DNA of 64,000 nucleotides from Chlamydiota bacterium (GTDB lineage Bacteria; Chlamydiota; Chlamydiia; Chlamydiales; JAAKFR01): NCBI GenBank assembly GCA_021772465.1, contig JAJFLX010000005.1, positions 23,025 to 87,024 of the forward strand, read 5' to 3'. Shown piece by piece: positions 57,945 to 64,000 of this stretch (position 1 is its first letter; each line of letters starts with the position of its first letter). The notes under the pieces were generated by a model. It saw only the letters and a program-made list of their open reading frames with translations, ran no database searches and was not told where the DNA came from. The position numbers and the translations under genes were made by a program.

Positions 57945-60119
57945 ATGGATGAAATCACATCAGAGAGCGGAGAACACATTGGAGAAGAAGATCTTAGTGA
58001 GATTAGCTTCTCTAGGGCTCAAAGCTACTTTGATAAAAGTTGGGTGATTCGTCTTCTCATTGTGCTCGCTTTCTCTTTGTTTCTTTTTCTCTTTCTTCAT
58101 TTCCGAGAGACTTTTGTCGAAAAACTCGAGCTTGGCTCTGAGGCCAAACGGTATGTTGTGGCACAAATAGATTTTGCCTTTCCCGATGAAGAGGCGACCA
58201 TCATTCTCAAGCAAGAGGCGGCTCACGAGATCGGGACGATCTATCGAATAAAAGATGATTTTATACATCAAAAAATTACAGAGTTTCAAAAATACATCAC
58301 AAATGATGAGGCGGGGGGCAAGCAGTGGGATGCACTTAGTCGTGAGAGTGGGTTTGAAGACATTGCTCTCGCCTTGAGCCTCCTAGCCGATGGGCTGAAT
58401 CACTCTCGGTTTGCTGATGCCAAAACCATTCAGGTGATTGAGAGGCTACCCAAAGAGAATCTGCCTCTTCCTGCAGGCGATTTTCAACCCTACCCCCCTA
58501 CCGATGAGCTCGAGAGACTTCCGCGAAGTTTTTGGTTGAAATTTGGCAAGGAGCACCTCATCGGGATCCCTGCTTCTGTTTCGAATTTTATTCTACGCTA
58601 CTTCGACGCCACTGAGTGGGAGTTTGAGGTCGATCAGGGGATTGAATACACGTTGAGAAAGCTCTCACAAGGGAGAATCAGTCAAAAATATACTCGAGTA
58701 CGGGCAGGGGAGCGGTTGATTGATCAAGGAGAGCTTGTAACGACTCGCCACATCTCCATGTTGAAAGCTATGAAAGAGAAGATGAGTCAGAGTCGAAATC
58801 TTCTCGACCCACTCACTCTTTTTGGTACGCTCTTAATGACTTCGCTTTTTGTGGTAGTTGCAGGTCTTTATTTGTGGGAAAATCACAAAGAGACCTTTCA
58901 ATCGAGTCGTCGTCTTGCGCTTCTTGGAACCATTTTGCTCTTAGCGCTCATTTTAGCCAAAGGGGTCGAGCTCTTTTTGATTCAAAATAGCTCAAATTAC
59001 GTCGATCTCGTGCGCTTCCCACTCTTTGTCCCTTTTGCTGCCATCCTACTTACTAGTCTGATGAGTGCAAGAATCAGCGCCTTTGCTTCGATTTTTTTAT
59101 CACTCATTTTTGTGATCGCTTTAGCTGTTGAGAGCGTCCCCTTCCTTGTGATCAATATTATGACAGCCATGATATGCATTTTAACAGTCCGCTCGATCAG
59201 ACGGCGGAAAGAGGTCTTTACAGTGTGTGGGAAAGGGTGGATTGCCACGGTGGTTGTCATTCTCGCCTTCACTCTCTATGAAAACTCCTCTCTCTCACTT
59301 GCTCTTTTGGGAGATCTGACGAGTACCTTTCTGTTTTTAGGTTTAACCGCTGTCTTGGTCGTAGGCTTGCTTCCTGTACTTGAGTCCCTTTTTCAGATCA
59401 TGACAGATATCACTTTAATGGAGTTCATGGACCCTAGCAATGAAGTGCTCCGTCGACTCACGATTGAGGCTCCAGGGACTTACCAACATTCTATGGTAGT
59501 TGGCCATCTCTCTGAATCAGCAGCCTCGTCGATTGGGGCAAATGGACTTTTTTGCCGTGTGGCTACCCAATACCATGACATTGGGAAGTTGGCCAATCCC
59601 CAATACTTTACCGAGAATCAACTCGGGGGGGTGGATATGCACCAACTTCTCACGCCACTTGAATCGGCTCAAGTGATTATTGCGCATGTAAGTGAGGGGG
59701 TAGCACTCGCACGCAAAGTGGGGCTGCCTGAACAGTTCATCGACATCATTAAAGAGCATCACGGCACAACCCTTGCCTACTATTTCTATCACAAGCAACT
59801 AGAACTTCAGGAGGGCGAGGTTGATGAGCGAGATTTTCGCTACAGTGGGCCGAAGCCACGTTCAAAAGAATCTACTATAATCATGATTGCGGACACGCTT
59901 GAGGCTGCCTCGCGCTCACTTGATCTTTTCAATGAACAGACGATCACAGGTCTTGTGGAAACGTTGATTGCGCAGAAGATGGAGGATGGACAGTTTGATG
60001 AATCGCTTCTCACTTTTGAAGAGCTGGGACATGTGAAGGCGACTCTGATAAAAACTCTACTGGCAGCGAGTCACCCTCGAGTGAAATACCCCCCCCATCA
60101 TCCCGGTGAAGAGGGGTGA
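57945..60119 (+). CDS. 7TM-receptor HD/HDIG phosphohydrolase (PgpH/YqfF-like)
   Basis: Extracellular N-terminal domain, seven TM helices, and a C-terminal HD domain (YQHSMVVGHLSE...QYHDIGKL...EHHG). 724 aa. Confidence 0.85.
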   Translation: MDEITSESGEHIGEEDLSEISFSRAQSYFDKSWVIRLLIVLAFSLFLFLFLHFRETFVEKLELGSEAKRYVVAQIDFAFPDEEATIILKQEAAHEIGTIYRIKDDFIHQKITEFQKYITNDEAGGKQWDALSRESGFEDIALALSLLADGLNHSRFADAKTIQVIERLPKENLPLPAGDFQPYPPTDELERLPRSFWLKFGKEHLIGIPASVSNFILRYFDATEWEFEVDQGIEYTLRKLSQGRISQKYTRVRAGERLIDQGELVTTRHISMLKAMKEKMSQSRNLLDPLTLFGTLLMTSLFVVVAGLYLWENHKETFQSSRRLALLGTILLLALILAKGVELFLIQNSSNYVDLVRFPLFVPFAAILLTSLMSARISAFASIFLSLIFVIALAVESVPFLVINIMTAMICILTVRSIRRRKEVFTVCGKGWIATVVVILAFTLYENSSLSLALLGDLTSTFLFLGLTAVLVVGLLPVLESLFQIMTDITLMEFMDPSNEVLRRLTIEAPGTYQHSMVVGHLSESAASSIGANGLFCRVATQYHDIGKLANPQYFTENQLGGVDMHQLLTPLESAQVIIAHVSEGVALARKVGLPEQFIDIIKEHHGTTLAYYFYHKQLELQEGEVDERDFRYSGPKPRSKESTIIMIADTLEAASRSLDLFNEQTITGLVETLIAQKMEDGQFDESLLTFEELGHVKATLIKTLLAASHPRVKYPPHHPGEEG

Positions 60120-60120
60120 G

Positions 60121-60858
60121 ATGCGAGCCTTAATCACTGGAGCAAGCTCTGGCATCGGGGAGCAACTCGCTCGCATGCTTGCAAAGAAGGGGTACACCCT
60201 GCTTCTTGTAGGGCGAGATGAGGCTCGTCTTCGAAAAGTTGCCGATATCACTGGGGGAGAGTCTTTTTTGATCGACTTATCTGAAGATCGAACCGCTCTT
60301 TTAGAGAGGGTGCGAAGCGACTCTTTCGATCTTATCGTCAACAATGCTGGATTCGGTCTCTATGGAAGCGCTGCAGAGCTCTCGATAGAGGAGCAGCTCA
60401 AGATTCTCGAAGTGAACGCCGCCGCTGCGATTGAGATTACACTCGAAGGAGCTCGAGCGATGATTCGAGCTGATAAGCGGGGCGTGATTTTGAATGTTTC
60501 GAGTGTAGCTGGCGAGTTTCCAACGCCTGGCATGGCGATCTATGGAGCCTCTAAAGCCTGTCTCACCCGATTTTCCGAGGCGTTAGATTTTGAACTAGCT
60601 TCAAAGGGCGTCGACATTCTCATTAGCGCTCCTGGTATGATTCAGACGGACTTTGCCAACCGAGCAGCTAGAAAAAGGACTACGCAAAAACCTGCTTGGC
60701 TCACTTTAAGCGCCTCAGAGGCTGCTGAGCAGATATGGAGTCAGATTCAAAAACGAAAAAAGAAACACCTCTTCCCATGGCCTTACCGATTGCGTCGGCT
60801 GCTTCCACGCATGCTCACTTTGCAGGCTACATGGAAGAGTATTAAAGAGAGATTATGA
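60121..60858 (+). CDS. SDR family oxidoreductase
   Basis: ALITGASSGIG (TGxxxGxG), NNAG, and YGASKA (YxxxK). The ATG at 60121 is preceded by GAGGGG. The listed start is 60106. Confidence 0.85.
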   Translation: MRALITGASSGIGEQLARMLAKKGYTLLLVGRDEARLRKVADITGGESFLIDLSEDRTALLERVRSDSFDLIVNNAGFGLYGSAAELSIEEQLKILEVNAAAAIEITLEGARAMIRADKRGVILNVSSVAGEFPTPGMAIYGASKACLTRFSEALDFELASKGVDILISAPGMIQTDFANRAARKRTTQKPAWLTLSASEAAEQIWSQIQKRKKKHLFPWPYRLRRLLPRMLTLQATWKSIKERL

Positions 60859-61967
60859 CATTTGAAACATTTGATTTAGACCCTCTTGTTCTCGATTCTC
60901 TTCGGGATATGGGATATGAAAAACCGACTCCAGTTCAGGAGAAATCGATCCCTTTGGTGATCGAAGGAAAAGATCTAATCGCGCTAGCTGAAACAGGGTC
61001 GGGCAAAACAGCCGCTTGCGCAATCCCCGTTTGCCACAAAGTTGACACAAGTGATTCGCACATTCAAGCCTTGATCGTTGTACCAACTCGCGAACTTGCT
61101 CTTCAGTATGCAACTGAATCTCAAAAAATTGGGAGAGAGAAAGGGGTGAAAGTATTTGCGATTCTTGGGGGAGAGGACATGGATCTTCAAAGGGCCAAGT
61201 TGAAAGGAGGTGTCCATGTCCTTGTTGCAACACCCGGTCGCCTGATAGACTTTATCTACGCTAGGGCTATCAATCTGACTCGGGTAGAGACTTTGATTTT
61301 GGATGAAGCGGATCAGATGCTTGGAATGGGTTTTTATGAGGATCTTGAATTTATCATGGGTTGCTTGATTCAAGAGCACCAGACCATGCTTTTTTCTGCG
61401 ACCATGCCTCAAGAGATCAAAAAAATTGCAGAAAACCACATGAAAAACCCGGTAGAACTTTCTCTTATTGGGGGAAGACCTGCTCCTACACAGCTCAGTC
61501 ATAAGCTTGTTCTCTGCCGAGATAACCAAGCGAAGCTGAGCCAATTGGCAGTACTTCTGAAAGAATTGAACCCTGGGCAGTGCCTTATTTTTACGAACTC
61601 AAGACGTGAGGTGGAGAGTTTGTGTCGTGACCTTAAAAAGAAATTCTCAGCCGTCGATTTTCTACACGGGGGGCTCGAGCAAGGGGTGCGCAGTATCATC
61701 ACAGGAAAATTTTTAAGAGGCAAAATCAGGTTTTTAGTTGCAACAGATGTTGCTGCTAGAGGGCTTGATTTTTCAGGGGTTACTCACGTGGTTAATTTCC
61801 ACTTTCCAAGAGAACAGGAGACGTACATGCACCGAGCAGGGCGTACGGGCCGTAGTGGGCGAAAGGGGACCTGTGTCACTCTGGTGACCCGAAGAGATCT
61901 TAAAACCGTCGATCAGATTTTCAAGAAGCTCAAGCAAAAACCCGAGTGGATTGGAAAATCCTTCTAG
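60855..61967 (+). CDS. DEAD-box ATP-dependent RNA helicase (minimal core)
   Basis: Q motif region, AETGSGKTAA, PTRELA, DEAD, SAT, HRAGRTGR. 370 aa. Confidence 0.95.
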   Translation: MTFETFDLDPLVLDSLRDMGYEKPTPVQEKSIPLVIEGKDLIALAETGSGKTAACAIPVCHKVDTSDSHIQALIVVPTRELALQYATESQKIGREKGVKVFAILGGEDMDLQRAKLKGGVHVLVATPGRLIDFIYARAINLTRVETLILDEADQMLGMGFYEDLEFIMGCLIQEHQTMLFSATMPQEIKKIAENHMKNPVELSLIGGRPAPTQLSHKLVLCRDNQAKLSQLAVLLKELNPGQCLIFTNSRREVESLCRDLKKKFSAVDFLHGGLEQGVRSIITGKFLRGKIRFLVATDVAARGLDFSGVTHVVNFHFPREQETYMHRAGRTGRSGRKGTCVTLVTRRDLKTVDQIFKKLKQKPEWIGKSF

Positions 61968-62188
61968 CTAGACAAGACGAGCGATGCTCGAAATGAGTAT
62001 TTAGTGCCAGTGGGCTAAAGGGCTGTTGATAGATTGGTTTCGAGCAGATTTTCAGGTTCAGCTTAACCGCTAGGCCGAACAAAAGGGGCACTCTTAAGAA
62101 TCCCGAAATTTTGGATCGATATCCCTAAAGATCTGCCATTTTGAACCAAGTATATAGCGCCCTAAATAGGAGCTTTTGAGAGAGAAGG

Positions 62189-62219
62189 CCTATTTTTTTT
62201 CAAAGCGAAAAAAAATAGG
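62189..62219. repeat. 13-bp A/T-rich perfect hairpin upstream of the rRNA promoter
   Basis: CCTATTTTTTTTC (62189-62201) pairs with GAAAAAAAATAGG (62207-62219). The loop is AAAGC. Confidence 0.7.
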
Positions 62220-62329
62220 GTTGCGGGAATTGGGGAGCTTTGGATATAGTCTTGCATTCCCACCGAATCTCGCTCTTTGAAAGAGGGCAATCGGGAGGAA
62301 TAGCTTGGCCCTCGAGCCAGACACCTAAC

Positions 62330-62358
62330 TTGACAGCGATAAAGAGACAGAGTATAGA
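62330..62358 (+). promoter_or_regulatory. candidate sigma-70/66-type rRNA promoter
   Basis: TTGACA (62330-62335), a 17-nt spacer, then TATAGA (62353-62358), ~85 nt upstream of the mature 16S 5' end. Confidence 0.45.
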
Positions 62359-62440
62359 ACAATCGTAAGATTGAACTGACTTGTTATTAGGGAGTAGACT
62401 TTGGTCTACTACCCGTTAATTCAAAATTTATTTTCTTTTT

Positions 62441-63985
<1,545 letters not shown>

Positions 63986-64000
63986 TTAAGGACGAAAAGT

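Overview
This is a gene-dense chromosomal segment, roughly 90% coding, with many 4-nt ATGA/GTGA start-stop overlaps. It most likely comes from an environmental member of the Chlamydiales (Chlamydiota). Three things support that: a complete chlamydia-type 16S rRNA gene at the 3' end (62441-63985); gene orders that I recall from Chlamydia (ribE...nrdR-dksA-lspA; dapF-clpP-glyA; lon-tsaB...rpsU-dnaJ-fused E1-comEC...ptsH-ptsI...ybaB-dnaX); and three paralogous cysteine-rich outer-membrane beta-barrel genes. Most of the window is housekeeping: transporters, LPS/Kdo/heptose enzymes, 2-oxoacid dehydrogenase E1/E2, IDH, proteases Lon/ClpP, RNA modification enzymes, an RNase P RNA, and a regulatory-type PTS (EI + HPr). 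I saw no tRNA, CRISPR array, transposase or clear prophage. The clearest accessory region is 11.5-17.7 kb. There, a tandem array of cysteine-rich OMP paralogs is interrupted by a ~3 kb cassette. The cassette encodes two tandem small two-TM paralogs and, on the opposite strand, a BclA-like collagen-repeat (GPT-rich) secreted protein with a C1q/TNF-like-looking C-terminal domain, followed by a secreted repeat protein in an apparent operon. I rate this candidate surface-fibre/envelope module as the most interesting system in the window. Other candidates are: a small membrane protein ending in eukaryote-type PPxY motifs; a 997-aa signal-less fusion of an unknown 500-aa region to a peptide-binding SBP domain; an orphan 505-aa protein with a C-terminal XRE-type HTH next to a Xer-type recombinase; a membrane-anchored kinase-like protein; several Inc-like two-TM proteins; and a 20-bp perfect inverted repeat built from four TATACC(C) heptamers. 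All functional calls come from motif recognition by eye. No database searches were run.
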